From assembly GCA_949743655.1 (NCBI GenBank), contig CATJUP010000106.1, forward strand, positions 5,389 through 69,388: 64,000 nt of DNA. Reading direction: 5' to 3'. The position numbers were made by a program, and so were the translations under genes. Shown here in pieces: positions 19,635 to 29,613 of this stretch (positions are counted from its first letter, which is position 1; the number at the start of each line of letters is the position of its first letter). The notes under the pieces were generated by a model, which did no database searches, was not told the origin of the DNA, and worked only from the letters and a program-made list of their open reading frames with translations. This stretch comes from an uncultured Eubacteriales bacterium. Lineage in GTDB: Bacteria > Bacillota > Clostridia > Lachnospirales > Anaerotignaceae.

Positions 19635-20399
19635 ATGTTTGGCGTAAATAATATTCTGCTGTTTTCGCTTATAGTTATGCGTATAAGTGGTTGTATTTTG
19701 TTTAACCCTATATTTGGAAGGCGTAATATTCCGGCTATTATAAAAACTGGAATTATAATCGCTTTAAGTTTTTTAATAATATCTTACCAACAGCCATATT
19801 ACGCAGTAGAGGCTGAAAATGCTATTGTATACGCGGTTTTGCTTTTAAAAGAGCTTTTGCTGGGGTTTTCTATAGGTGTAGTAGTAACGCTGTTTTTGTA
19901 TATAATAATACTTTCAGGCGAGTTTATGGATTTACAAATGGGTCTTTCAATGTCTAAAATATACGATGCCCAAAGTAACTCCTCACTGTCATTAAGCTCC
20001 ACATTTTTTAATATACTGTTTATGCTGCTCTTTTTTACAAGCAACGCACACTTAGCTATTATAAGGCTATTTATTGATTCACAAAAAATAATACCTTATG
20101 GCGAAATTACATTTAACAGATTACTTAGCTCCGCCATACTTACGATATTTTGCGATTGTACTATTTTAGCATTTAAATTTGCTATGCCTATATTCGCGGC
20201 GGAGTTTTTAACTGAAATGGGTGTGGGTATTTTAATGAAAACAATTCCGCAAATAAATGTGTTTGTGGTAAATATACAAATGAAAGTTTTATTGGGACTT
20301 ATACTGCTGTTTATATTATTTACACCTATGTCGCAGTTTGTTGAAAACATTATCGAGCTTATGTTTGGCTCTATACAGGAAATAATGTCTTTAATGTAA
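19635..20399 (+). CDS. fliR: Flagellar export apparatus protein FliR
   Basis: 254-aa polytopic membrane protein, synteny fliQ-fliR-flhB. Confidence 0.9.
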   Translation: MFGVNNILLFSLIVMRISGCILFNPIFGRRNIPAIIKTGIIIALSFLIISYQQPYYAVEAENAIVYAVLLLKELLLGFSIGVVVTLFLYIIILSGEFMDLQMGLSMSKIYDAQSNSSLSLSSTFFNILFMLLFFTSNAHLAIIRLFIDSQKIIPYGEITFNRLLSSAILTIFCDCTILAFKFAMPIFAAEFLTEMGVGILMKTIPQINVFVVNIQMKVLLGLILLFILFTPMSQFVENIIELMFGSIQEIMSLM

Positions 20400-20414
20400 G
20401 AGAGGTGACACTAC

Positions 20415-21476
20415 TTGGCAGGAGAATCTAAGACCGAGAAAGCCACCGATAAAAAGCGACGGGATGAACGAAAACGCGGTAATATATTTATGAGCCGCGA
20501 TGTTGTAACACTCGCATCGCTTTTGGTTATGTTTTTTAGTATTAAAATTCTTTTTCCATTTTTTTATGGTCAAATAAAAGAATATATGGTAAACAGCATA
20601 TCAAAAGCGGGTAATACCACAAGTGTTACAAATACATTTGTTATAAACGGCATGATAGAGTTTATGCTTATGTTTTTAAAGTTGGCTGTGCCGCTTTTAA
20701 TTATATCAATGTTAGTTTCTATTGTTGCTACAATGTTTCAAACAAAAATGCTGTTTGTCACAGAGGGTTTTAAACCTAAATTTAACCGTTTGAGTCCTTT
20801 GCAAGGTATTAAAAAGATTATATCTATTAGAAGTGTTGTAGAAATAGTTAAAGGGCTTATAAAAATAACAATACTTCTTGTTATTTTATTTCAGTATATA
20901 AAAAGCCGTATTGTAGATTTCCCTAGGCTTATGTCGATAGATTTAATATCTTCGGTTACATATATACTAAGCATAGTTATGGGGATGATTATTAATATAG
21001 GTATAGCTTTTGCCGCTGTTTCTGTTTTTGACTATTTTTATCAATGGTGGGACTATGAAAGACAGATAAAAATGTCAAAAGAGGAAATTAAAGAGGAATA
21101 CAAACAGCTTGAGGGTGACCCTAAAATTAAAGGCAAAATTAAAGAAAATCAAAGAAAAATTGCTATGTCAAGAATGATGCAGTCTGTTCCAACTGCTGAT
21201 GTTGTAATTAAAAACCCTACTCATTTTGCGGTAGCGCTTAAATACGATATGGAAAAAGGTGTTGGCGCGCCTGTAGTAGTGGCTAAGGGTCAAGATGAGT
21301 TGGCGCTTAGAATTATAAAAGTAGCCGAGGAAAATAACATTTATGTTATTGAGAATAAACCGTTGGCAAGAGCTATTTACGCAGCTGTAGACATAAACAT
21401 GCAAATACCGGTTGATTATTATGGAGCTGTAGCCGAAATACTTGTTTATGTATACAAGCTAAAAAATAAATTGTAA
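20415..21476 (+). CDS. flhB: Flagellar export switch protein FlhB
   Basis: ESKTEKATDKKRRDERKRGN N-terminus, 4 TM, NPTH autocleavage motif (VVIKNPTHFAVALKY); TTG start. Confidence 0.95.
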   Translation: MAGESKTEKATDKKRRDERKRGNIFMSRDVVTLASLLVMFFSIKILFPFFYGQIKEYMVNSISKAGNTTSVTNTFVINGMIEFMLMFLKLAVPLLIISMLVSIVATMFQTKMLFVTEGFKPKFNRLSPLQGIKKIISIRSVVEIVKGLIKITILLVILFQYIKSRIVDFPRLMSIDLISSVTYILSIVMGMIINIGIAFAAVSVFDYFYQWWDYERQIKMSKEEIKEEYKQLEGDPKIKGKIKENQRKIAMSRMMQSVPTADVVIKNPTHFAVALKYDMEKGVGAPVVVAKGQDELALRIIKVAEENNIYVIENKPLARAIYAAVDINMQIPVDYYGAVAEILVYVYKLKNKL

Positions 21477-21499
21477 GCATTAAAAATGGAGAAGCGGGA

Positions 21500-23581
21500 A
21501 TGAAAAGTTTATTTAATAATATAATCTCAATATTTGTAATATTTATAGTCTTATTATTAATCATACCTCTTAATCCGTTTGTTATAGATATATTTTTTAT
21601 ACTTAATATATCGCTTTCACTTATTATACTGCTTATAACAATGAATATAAAAGAAGCGCTGGAATTTTCAATATTCCCGTCATTACTGCTTATAACTACC
21701 CTTTTTAGGTTGGGTCTTAATGTTTCGTCAACAAGGCTTATACTTACAAAACAGGGTCAGGCAGGTCAGGTAATATCGGCTTTTGGAAATTTCGTTCTTC
21801 AAGGCAACATAGTTGTCGGCGTTGTTATATTCCTTATTATAGTTTTAGTGCAGTTTATAGTTATATCAAAAGGCGCGGAGAGAGTTGCCGAGGTAGCAGC
21901 AAGATTTACATTGGACGCTATGCCAGGAAAACAAATGGCTATAGACGCCGATTTAAGCTCTGGTCTTATTGACGAGCAGGAAGCTAAATTACGCCGTTAC
22001 AAAATACAAAAAGAAGCGGATTTTTACGGCGCTATGGATGGAGCTACAAAAATAGTAAAAGGCGATGCTATAATGTCTATTATTATTACCGTTATAAACT
22101 TTGTGGCTGGAACGGTAATAGGTATAATACAGTCTAACATGGCATTTGGTGAGGTACTTCAAGTATACTCAATAGCTACAATAGGTGACGGACTTGTATC
22201 TCAAATCCCAGCGCTTTTAATATCAACGGCAACAGGTATGATTGTTACCCGTGCCGTATCAGAAGGAAGTCTTAATACTGATGTTACATCACAGTTTTTG
22301 TCACAGCCACATGCTATTATTACAGGCGGTGTTATATTAGCTGTAATATCAATTTTGCCAAGTATGCCGCATATTCAGCTTATAATGATTTCGGCAGTGC
22401 TTATAGCGCTTGGTCTTACTACATCTAAACGAATGAAAGCAGCCGCTATAGAGGCTGTTATGCAGCAAGAAGAAGCTGAAATACCCGAAGAAATTCAGCC
22501 GGAGGATACATTTAAAGACATTAACAGCGTGTATTCACTGCTAAATGTAGAGCCTATAGAAATGGAGTTTGGATATAGCCTTATACCTCTTGCAGACGAG
22601 AGCAGCGGCGGAAAACTTATTAACAGAATTGTTATTTTTAGAAGACAGTTTGCCCAAGAAATGGGTCTTGTAATACCTTCAATAAGGCTTAGGGATAGCT
22701 CTAATTTGAGCACAAACCAGTATGTTATAAAAATAAAAGGCGAAGAAGTAGCCAAAGGTGAAATACTTGTAGATTATTTTTTGGCATTAGAGCCGCCTAA
22801 CCCTACGGGCGAAATTGATGGCATAGATACTATAGAACCAGCTTATGGAATACCTAGCAAATGGATTACACCGGATTTGAAAGAGGATGCCGAAATATAC
22901 GGTTATACTGTAATAGACCCTCTTTCTGTTGTTGTAACACACCTTTCGGAGATAATAAGAGCGCATTCTTATGAGCTTTTAACAAGAAACGAGATTATGC
23001 AGCTTATAGAAAACCTCAAAAAAACATCAAAAGAGCTTGTTGAAGAGGCGTTTCCTAATATTATATCATACGGCAATTTTCAAAAAATACTTGGAAACCT
23101 TTTAAAAGAAGGAATACCTATAAAAGACCTTAGCACTATTGTTGAGTGTATTGTTGATTCGTCAACAGAAACAAGAGATATTGACACACTTATGGGTAAT
23201 ATAAGAGTAGAATTAAAAAGAACAATAACAAGAAAGTTTTGCGAAAATGGTCAAATGCGAGTTATAACTTTAGACGGAGAAACCGAAAGACTTATAGCCT
23301 CAAGCCTTATTAAAGGCGACAGAGGAATATACTTAGCCTTAAATCCAGATGTTATGCAGAATTTTGTGGCGCAATTATCCGAAAATATTAAAAAGTTTGG
23401 CGAGCTTTCGCAGGCACCTATTATATTAACAAGCCATGTTATAAGGCTTTATGTTTACCGTCTTGTTGAACAGTTTTATCCTAATGTTTACGTTTTATCT
23501 TTTAACGAGATTGCTAATAATGTACAAATTCAAGCAGTTGGTAATATAATGCTTGAAGGAGCAAGGGCGCAGTCAAGTTAA
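21500..23581 (+). CDS. flhA: Flagellar export gate protein FlhA
   Basis: 693 aa; FHIPEP region (RFTLDAMPGKQMAIDADL), large cytoplasmic C-domain. Confidence 0.97.
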   Translation: MKSLFNNIISIFVIFIVLLLIIPLNPFVIDIFFILNISLSLIILLITMNIKEALEFSIFPSLLLITTLFRLGLNVSSTRLILTKQGQAGQVISAFGNFVLQGNIVVGVVIFLIIVLVQFIVISKGAERVAEVAARFTLDAMPGKQMAIDADLSSGLIDEQEAKLRRYKIQKEADFYGAMDGATKIVKGDAIMSIIITVINFVAGTVIGIIQSNMAFGEVLQVYSIATIGDGLVSQIPALLISTATGMIVTRAVSEGSLNTDVTSQFLSQPHAIITGGVILAVISILPSMPHIQLIMISAVLIALGLTTSKRMKAAAIEAVMQQEEAEIPEEIQPEDTFKDINSVYSLLNVEPIEMEFGYSLIPLADESSGGKLINRIVIFRRQFAQEMGLVIPSIRLRDSSNLSTNQYVIKIKGEEVAKGEILVDYFLALEPPNPTGEIDGIDTIEPAYGIPSKWITPDLKEDAEIYGYTVIDPLSVVVTHLSEIIRAHSYELLTRNEIMQLIENLKKTSKELVEEAFPNIISYGNFQKILGNLLKEGIPIKDLSTIVECIVDSSTETRDIDTLMGNIRVELKRTITRKFCENGQMRVITLDGETERLIASSLIKGDRGIYLALNPDVMQNFVAQLSENIKKFGELSQAPIILTSHVIRLYVYRLVEQFYPNVYVLSFNEIANNVQIQAVGNIMLEGARAQSS

Positions 23582-23630
23582 GTTTAGCGTCAAGCGCCAT
23601 ACAATATAAATTATAATAGGGGATATTCGT

Positions 23631-24428
23631 ATGAGTAAAGAATTTGACGAGAAAACAAGCGAACAACTTCTTGAGGAGTATGGCCGCACAGGTGACCAGA
23701 GAATAAAACAGGAAATAGTATTAAGATATGTTTATTTAATAAAAAGTATAGCTATACAATTTCGCGGCGTTTACGCAAGTTTTGCCCAAGTGGAGGATAT
23801 TGTAAATGAGAGTATAATAGTTCTAATGAACGCTGTTGATAAATATAAGCCAGAAAAAAACGCTAAATTTGAAACTTTTATATCAAAGCGCCTTAGGGGT
23901 TTAATTATTGATATAGCGAGAAAACAGGACTGGGTTCCTCGTAATATAAGAAAAGAACTTAAAGAAATTGATGATGCCACTAAAATACTTTATGATAAAC
24001 TTGGAAGGTATCCAACAGACCAAGAAACGGCGGATTACTTGAATATAAATATTGATAAGTATATAAAACTGTTGGCACGGTCTAATATATATAATTTAAT
24101 ATCGCTTGATTATTTTTTAAGTGAGCAGGCAGGCGAGCAAAATATAGAAAGTCTTGTAAGCCATGATATGTTGCCAGAACAAAGAATGGAGCAGCAAGAA
24201 CTGCAAAAAGTTTTAAAAGAAGGCATTATGCAGCTTAAAAAGAATGAACAAATTGTATTATCGCTTTATTACCGCAAGGAGCTTAAAATGAAAGAAATTG
24301 CTGAGGTAATGCAGCTTAGCAAACCTCGAATTTCTCAAATACATGCCAGGGCTCTTTGCAAACTTAGAGTTTATATAGAAAAAAATTATACATTAGGAGG
24401 TACGGACGATGTTTCAGGGGTTTTATAA
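23631..24428 (+). CDS. sigD: Flagellar sigma-28 factor (FliA/SigD/WhiG family)
   Basis: Sigma-70 regions 2-4 (YKPEKNAKFETFISKRLRGLIID; EIAEVMQLSKPRISQIHARAL); located directly after flhA. Confidence 0.9.
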   Translation: MSKEFDEKTSEQLLEEYGRTGDQRIKQEIVLRYVYLIKSIAIQFRGVYASFAQVEDIVNESIIVLMNAVDKYKPEKNAKFETFISKRLRGLIIDIARKQDWVPRNIRKELKEIDDATKILYDKLGRYPTDQETADYLNINIDKYIKLLARSNIYNLISLDYFLSEQAGEQNIESLVSHDMLPEQRMEQQELQKVLKEGIMQLKKNEQIVLSLYYRKELKMKEIAEVMQLSKPRISQIHARALCKLRVYIEKNYTLGGTDDVSGVL

Positions 24429-25158
24429 TTTAACCTCAGGTATGTTAACCCAAAACAGAAATCTTGATATAGTAAGCAATAATATAGCCAATGTTTTAAC
24501 TCCAGGCTTTAAAAAAGATGTAATGGCTTCAAGCACTTTTCAGGAGGAAATGATAGCAAGAACGGGAAACATCGACAAAAATAATCCTGAACAGCTTAAT
24601 AATTTTGCTATGTTACGTACTGCCACAGAAGTAAATACTGATTACAGCCAGGGGGTTTTAGAGTCTACAGGCAATCCTTTGGATTTGGCTATAACATCTG
24701 AAGGCAGTTTTTTTCAAATTCAAACTCAAAATGGCACAGTTTACACAAGAAACGGTTCATTTATTATTGATAATGAAGGATATATGTGTTTATCAGAAGT
24801 TGGGCGTGTTTTAGGTGAAAACGGACCAATTTATATAGGCTCAGACGACATAATTGTTGAAAAAACCGGTATTGTTACACGAGCTGACGGAATGATGGCA
24901 GATAAAATAGCTCTTGTTCAATTTGATGATATGACACAGTTGAAAAAAATGGGCGACAGCGCTTATACATCAAATGCCCAGCCTACAGCTTCGGATGCCA
25001 ATATAATGCAAAATACGCTTGAAAGGTCTAATGTAAATGCGCTTGATTGTATGGTAAGTATGATTGAAAGCCAAAGGGCACTGCAAAGTGCTGCTGAGGT
25101 ACTTAAAATATATGACCAGCTTATGAGCAAAGCCGCTAATGATATTGCAAGAATTTGA
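24409..25158 (+). CDS. flgF: Flagellar basal-body rod protein (FlgF/FlgG family, FlhO-like)
   Basis: MFQGFYNLTSGMLTQNRNLDIVSNNIANVLTPGFK; C-terminal MIESQRALQSAAEVLKIYD; overlaps the sigD 3' end by 20 nt. Confidence 0.88.
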   Translation: MFQGFYNLTSGMLTQNRNLDIVSNNIANVLTPGFKKDVMASSTFQEEMIARTGNIDKNNPEQLNNFAMLRTATEVNTDYSQGVLESTGNPLDLAITSEGSFFQIQTQNGTVYTRNGSFIIDNEGYMCLSEVGRVLGENGPIYIGSDDIIVEKTGIVTRADGMMADKIALVQFDDMTQLKKMGDSAYTSNAQPTASDANIMQNTLERSNVNALDCMVSMIESQRALQSAAEVLKIYDQLMSKAANDIARI

Positions 25159-25174
25159 TAAGGAGGTGTTATAA

Positions 25175-25888
25175 TTGAATTACTCATTTTTTTCGGGTGC
25201 TGTTGGCGCGTGGCAAATGCAAAACCGTATGGACGTTATAGCTAACAATATATCAAATGTTAATACACAGGGTTTTAAGGCTAAAAATGGTGTTTTTACA
25301 GAGCTTGTTTATAAAAATTTAAATGCCGCTGAGGGTACTGACACAAGGCTTATATATGGTGCGGCAGCTAAAATGAATAAAACCGACACCGATTTTTCTC
25401 AAGGTGTGCCAATAGAAACAGGAGAGCCTTTGGATTATCTTATAATGGGGGAAGGATTTTTTGCTGTTTATAATCCAGAAACCGAAGATATAAGTTATAC
25501 AAGAGACGGAAGTTTTAAATTGTCACGTCAACTTAATGGTCAGTTTTATCTTACAAATTCTTTAGGTGAGTGGGTTTTAGATGAGAGACAAAACCCTATA
25601 ACTGCTGATATGGCTAGTAATCCCGAGTCGATAGGTATTTATGTTTTTGAACAAAAAAACGGAATGGAAAACATAGGAGACAACAAATTTACCATTACAG
25701 AAAAAAATGGTGCTCCGGTAGTGTTTAACGGTTTGGGAAGACTTACACAGGGCTATATTGAAGAATCAAATGTTGACTTAGCTAAAGAAATAACAAGAGT
25801 TATAGAAACTCAAAGAGCTTATCAGTTATCTTTGAGAATGGTACAGACGACAGACGAGATAGAAAATACAATAAACAATCTTCGCTGA
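25175..25888 (+). CDS. flgG: Flagellar distal rod protein FlgG (FlhP-like)
   Basis: QMQNRMDVIANNISNVNTQGFK; C-terminal LAKEITRVIETQRAYQLSLRMVQT; TTG after AAGGAGG. Confidence 0.9.
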   Translation: MNYSFFSGAVGAWQMQNRMDVIANNISNVNTQGFKAKNGVFTELVYKNLNAAEGTDTRLIYGAAAKMNKTDTDFSQGVPIETGEPLDYLIMGEGFFAVYNPETEDISYTRDGSFKLSRQLNGQFYLTNSLGEWVLDERQNPITADMASNPESIGIYVFEQKNGMENIGDNKFTITEKNGAPVVFNGLGRLTQGYIEESNVDLAKEITRVIETQRAYQLSLRMVQTTDEIENTINNLR

Positions 25889-25907
25889 CGTTTAGGGAGG
25901 GCTTAAA

Positions 25908-26534
25908 ATGACAATTTCAAATTATGACGACATGAGCCGTTTTGAACTTGATGTATTAAAAGAAATAGGAAGTATAGGCACAGGCAACGCCGCTACAGCT
26001 CTTTCACAAATGCTTAACAGAAAAATAGAAATGGGACTGCCTGAAGTTAAAATAATGGACTACAATAAAGCTATATCCGAACTGGGAGGACCAGAAACTG
26101 TTGTAGCAGGAGTGTTAGTACACCTTTCGGGTGAAGTAAACGGAATAATGCTTTATCTGCAAAGACTTGATTTTATAAATATTGTGCTTGAAAGTCTTGT
26201 AGGGAAAAAAATTAACGACTTTATGTATCTTGACGAAATGGGTATTTCGGCGCTTATAGAGGCGGGAAATATAATTATATCTTCATATGTAAATGCCATA
26301 TCTACGCTTACTGGCATAACAATAAATTTATCAGTGCCTGGAATATCAGTAAATATGCTTGGGGGTATAATGAATGTGCCTATGGCGGAATATGGATATG
26401 AGACAGACAAACTTATGACTATAGGCGGAACTTTTATATGTGACGGAAAAGAAGTATATAGCAATCTTATACTTCTTCCGGATATAAAATCGCTTAACTA
26501 TTTAATGAAGAAACTGGGTGTTAAAAGTGAATAA
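25908..26534 (+). CDS. cheC: CheY-P phosphatase / CheD partner CheC
   Basis: ELDVLKEIGSIGTGNAATALSQML and second repeat SALIEAGN..x22..P. Confidence 0.9.
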   Translation: MTISNYDDMSRFELDVLKEIGSIGTGNAATALSQMLNRKIEMGLPEVKIMDYNKAISELGGPETVVAGVLVHLSGEVNGIMLYLQRLDFINIVLESLVGKKINDFMYLDEMGISALIEAGNIIISSYVNAISTLTGITINLSVPGISVNMLGGIMNVPMAEYGYETDKLMTIGGTFICDGKEVYSNLILLPDIKSLNYLMKKLGVKSE

Positions 26535-27015
26535 GGACTATATTGTTGGAATTGCTGATATGAAGATATGTCGCGCTCCAGGAGTATTGGTAACTTATGC
26601 GTTAGGCTCTTGTATAGGGGTATGTCTTTATGACCCTGTACTGCATTTAGCAGGACTTTTACATATAATGCTGCCTAATATGTACCAAAATCATAAAGAT
26701 AATATCTTTAAGTATGCCGATACAGGCGTAGTTGAAATGATACGTAAAATGGAGGCTTTTGGTGCTGTGCGCTCTAGATTTGTATGTAAAATAGCTGGAG
26801 GAGCTAAAATGTTTGAAATGGGCGGCGGCGGAAATAACTCTGTTGGCAATATAGGCGCGAGAAATATAGATAGTGTAAAGGCTGTTTTATTACACGAAAG
26901 AATAAAAATAGCGCGTGAAGACGTAGGCGGAAATTACTCAAGAACTGTTAGTTTTGATGCTTCCACAGGAGAGGTTACAATAAAATCTTATGGAAGAAAA
27001 GAGCTTAAATTATAA
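26518..27015 (+). CDS. cheD: Chemoreceptor glutamine deamidase CheD
   Basis: ALGSCIGVCLYDP..AGLLHIMLP.. catalytic Cys/His context; the exact start is uncertain (alternative GTG 26527). Confidence 0.9.
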   Translation: MLKVNKDYIVGIADMKICRAPGVLVTYALGSCIGVCLYDPVLHLAGLLHIMLPNMYQNHKDNIFKYADTGVVEMIRKMEAFGAVRSRFVCKIAGGAKMFEMGGGGNNSVGNIGARNIDSVKAVLLHERIKIAREDVGGNYSRTVSFDASTGEVTIKSYGRKELKL

Positions 27016-27139
27016 GCCTAAAACACTTAACCAATAAAAAACCACTGTTTTATTTAAAATAGAATTTATGCTATAACTAAATTGTAAGTTGACATAATTT
27101 ATATTTTTATCAGTGAGCGCGGTTTTTGGCTATTTTATA

Positions 27140-27166
27140 TTATTTTTTGTGCATTTTAACCGATAT
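27140..27166 (+). promoter_or_regulatory. Candidate sigma-28-type promoter for cheV
   Basis: TTAT-N15-ACCGATAT about 50 nt upstream of the cheV ATG; the -35 match is weak. Confidence 0.35.
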
Positions 27167-27217
27167 TAATATAAAAAGGAATACGATTTTTGGTATTAAT
27201 ACGCAGGGGGTTTTGTT

Positions 27218-28147
27218 ATGGAGAATGATGAAAAAAAACTTGGCATATTATTAGAGTCGGGTACTAACGAGATTGAAGTAATGGAATTTACTATAAATGG
27301 AAACTTATACGGTATTAATGTGGCTAAATTGCGTGAGATTATGATGTCTAGCAAAGTTAAGCCCATGCCACATACGCACCCGGCTGTAGAAGGCGTTTTT
27401 AAACCGAGGGATATTCTCCTTACAGTTGTTGATTTGCCTATGTATCTTACAGGTATTCCTTCAGCTAAAGAGGAACGCGATTTATTTATGATAACAAATT
27501 TTAATAATTTATATATAGCTTTTCGCGTACATACAGTAGAAGGAATATGTCGTATATCGTGGAATGATATACAAAAACCTGATAATACTATATCTGGTGG
27601 AGAAGAAGGCGTGGCAACAGGAATAGCCCAATGCGGAAAAGATTTGGTTACTATACTTGATTTTGAAAAAATAGTGGCGGATATAGCGCCTGAGACGGGA
27701 ATACAATTAAGAGATATAGAAAAACTTGGCGAACGTTCTCAAAACACCTCGCCTATAATTATGGCTGAAGACTCGATATTGCTTTCTAAAATGATAGAAA
27801 ACTCACTTACAAAAGCGGGATATGTTAATTTAAAACAGTTTAATAACGGTCAGGAGGCTTGGGAATATCTTTTAAAAGTAAAAGAAGAGGGAACTTTAAA
27901 AGAAAAAGTTTCAATAGTTATAACTGATATTGAAATGCCTAGAATGGACGGACACAGACTTACAAAATTAATTAAAAGTGATGAGGAACTTAAAAACTTA
28001 CCTGTAATTATATTCTCATCTCTTATTAATCAAGAAATGGAAATAAAAGGAAAACAACTTGGTGCTGATGAGCAGCTTACAAAACCTGAAATTGGGCATT
28101 TAGTTGAAGTAATAGACCACCTTCTTTTAAAAGGTCAGCAGCAGTAA
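27218..28147 (+). CDS. cheV: Chemotaxis coupling protein CheV (CheW-like + receiver)
   Basis: N-terminal CheW-like domain (NEIEVMEFTINGNLYGINVAKLREI) fused to REC (IMAEDS.., VITDIEMPRMDG, FSSL, KPE). Confidence 0.92.
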   Translation: MENDEKKLGILLESGTNEIEVMEFTINGNLYGINVAKLREIMMSSKVKPMPHTHPAVEGVFKPRDILLTVVDLPMYLTGIPSAKEERDLFMITNFNNLYIAFRVHTVEGICRISWNDIQKPDNTISGGEEGVATGIAQCGKDLVTILDFEKIVADIAPETGIQLRDIEKLGERSQNTSPIIMAEDSILLSKMIENSLTKAGYVNLKQFNNGQEAWEYLLKVKEEGTLKEKVSIVITDIEMPRMDGHRLTKLIKSDEELKNLPVIIFSSLINQEMEIKGKQLGADEQLTKPEIGHLVEVIDHLLLKGQQQ

Positions 28148-28176
28148 ATTGAGAAATAGTTGCAGGAGGGTTTGCC

Positions 28177-29538
28177 ATGAATAAATTCATAGTCAGACAA
28201 CCAATAAAAACGCCGGATGGGGCAACATTTGGTTATGAAATTGTATTTAGTGTTGAAAACGAGCTGTATAATCAAAACAGAGACTACGCCGCCGCCGAAA
28301 ATATGTCTTCTTTTTTACTGCAAAATAGCAGTAAAGTTGTGTCTAAAGGCATAACGTTTATGACGGTAACGCCTAATCTGCTTTTTAAAAGTATGCCAAA
28401 AATGTTTAAACCAGGTGAGCTTGTTATACAAATAGAAGACAATATTGTAATACACCCTTTAGCAGAAACAATAATAAAACGCTATAGAGATGAAGGATAC
28501 AAGTTTTGTATAAATGAGTTTCAGTTTGCACCAAGGTATTTTGCACTTTTGGAATATGTGGATTATATAAAAATAGATGTTAATATAGCTAGGGACAAAA
28601 CCGCATTAAATAACATAATGAATTTTGGAAAAGGTTTTAAAAAGAAGTGTATTATTACTGGCATTAATGATGCTGATTTGTACGAAATGGCTAAATATGT
28701 TCCAGCCGATTACTATCAGGGCACATATATAGCTGAAGCTATGGTTGTAAAAAGCGGTAAGTCTGAATATCTTAAAAGTAACTTTTTTCAGCTCGTTGTG
28801 GCTGTAAACAAAGAAGAGCCTGATATTGAGGAAATTGAGGACATAGTAAAAAGAGACGCATTTTTAACATATGCTCTTTTAAAAATGGTAAACTCTGTGC
28901 ATTTTGCATTAAGACATAAAACCTCGTCAATTAAGCAGGCTATAGCTATAGTTGGTTTAAGTCAATTAAGACAATGGGTATATCTGCTTAGCTTTGGAAA
29001 CAACGAAATAAACGAAAACAATGGTGAAATACTTAAATTATCTTACCAAAGAGCTAATTTTTGTCAGGAGTTATGTGGGCTTGTGCCTTTAAACATATCA
29101 AAATCTGATGCTTATCTTATGGGAATACTCTCAACGCTTGATGTATTAGTTGACGCGCCTATAGAAGAAATAATAGAGGAAATACCTCTTAATGAAAATG
29201 TGAAAGAGGCGTTAATTAACCATAGTGGAAGTGCTGGAACATTACTCAAGTTAGTATTGAGTTATGAAAAAGCCGACTGGAAGAAAATAAAACAATACGC
29301 TAGTGAGTTAGATATGCGTACAGACTCTTTGGCACAGGTATATTTTGATTGCTTAGAGCAGGTAAATATAGTTTGGGAGAGTATTATAAATAGTTCTTTG
29401 CCAGAAGATGACGTAACTCAAAATATTGAGGAAGTAGCCCAAAATATTGAGGAAAAAATTGATGAGATAAGTGAGATAGATGAAATAAATGATATAGATA
29501 ATATAGATGATATGGATAAGAGCAAAATTTTAGAGTAA
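28177..29538 (+). CDS. Degenerate EAL domain - HDOD domain protein with acidic repeat tail
   Basis: FIVRQPI..FGYEIVF start is typical of EAL-HDOD proteins. Catalytic motifs are altered (EIVFS for EALxR, QIED for ExxE, NEFQFA for DDFGTG, TGIN for EGVE). HDOD-like LLKMVNSVHFALRHKTSSIKQAIAIVGLSQLRQWV. Confidence 0.7.
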   Translation: MNKFIVRQPIKTPDGATFGYEIVFSVENELYNQNRDYAAAENMSSFLLQNSSKVVSKGITFMTVTPNLLFKSMPKMFKPGELVIQIEDNIVIHPLAETIIKRYRDEGYKFCINEFQFAPRYFALLEYVDYIKIDVNIARDKTALNNIMNFGKGFKKKCIITGINDADLYEMAKYVPADYYQGTYIAEAMVVKSGKSEYLKSNFFQLVVAVNKEEPDIEEIEDIVKRDAFLTYALLKMVNSVHFALRHKTSSIKQAIAIVGLSQLRQWVYLLSFGNNEINENNGEILKLSYQRANFCQELCGLVPLNISKSDAYLMGILSTLDVLVDAPIEEIIEEIPLNENVKEALINHSGSAGTLLKLVLSYEKADWKKIKQYASELDMRTDSLAQVYFDCLEQVNIVWESIINSSLPEDDVTQNIEEVAQNIEEKIDEISEIDEINDIDNIDDMDKSKILE

Positions 29539-29543
29539 TAACT

Positions 29544-29570
29544 AAAAAAACCGTGCATAAGCGCGGTTTT
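29544..29570. terminator. Bidirectional Rho-independent terminator between convergent genes
   Basis: A-run, CCGTGC-ATAA-GCGCGG (one G-U pair on the + strand), T-run. Confidence 0.65.
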
Positions 29571-29613
29571 AATTTTATTGAATTAAAAATTTTATACTAA
29601 ACAAATGTATTAT

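Noticed and set aside
29419-29535. Short tandem DNA repeats encoding the acidic tail of the EAL-HDOD protein, as a possible contingency locus
   Set aside because: The repeat units are multiples of 3 (a 21-nt period, then irregular GATA-rich codons). Slippage would therefore change tail length rather than switch the gene off, and there is no homopolymer or out-of-frame repeat.
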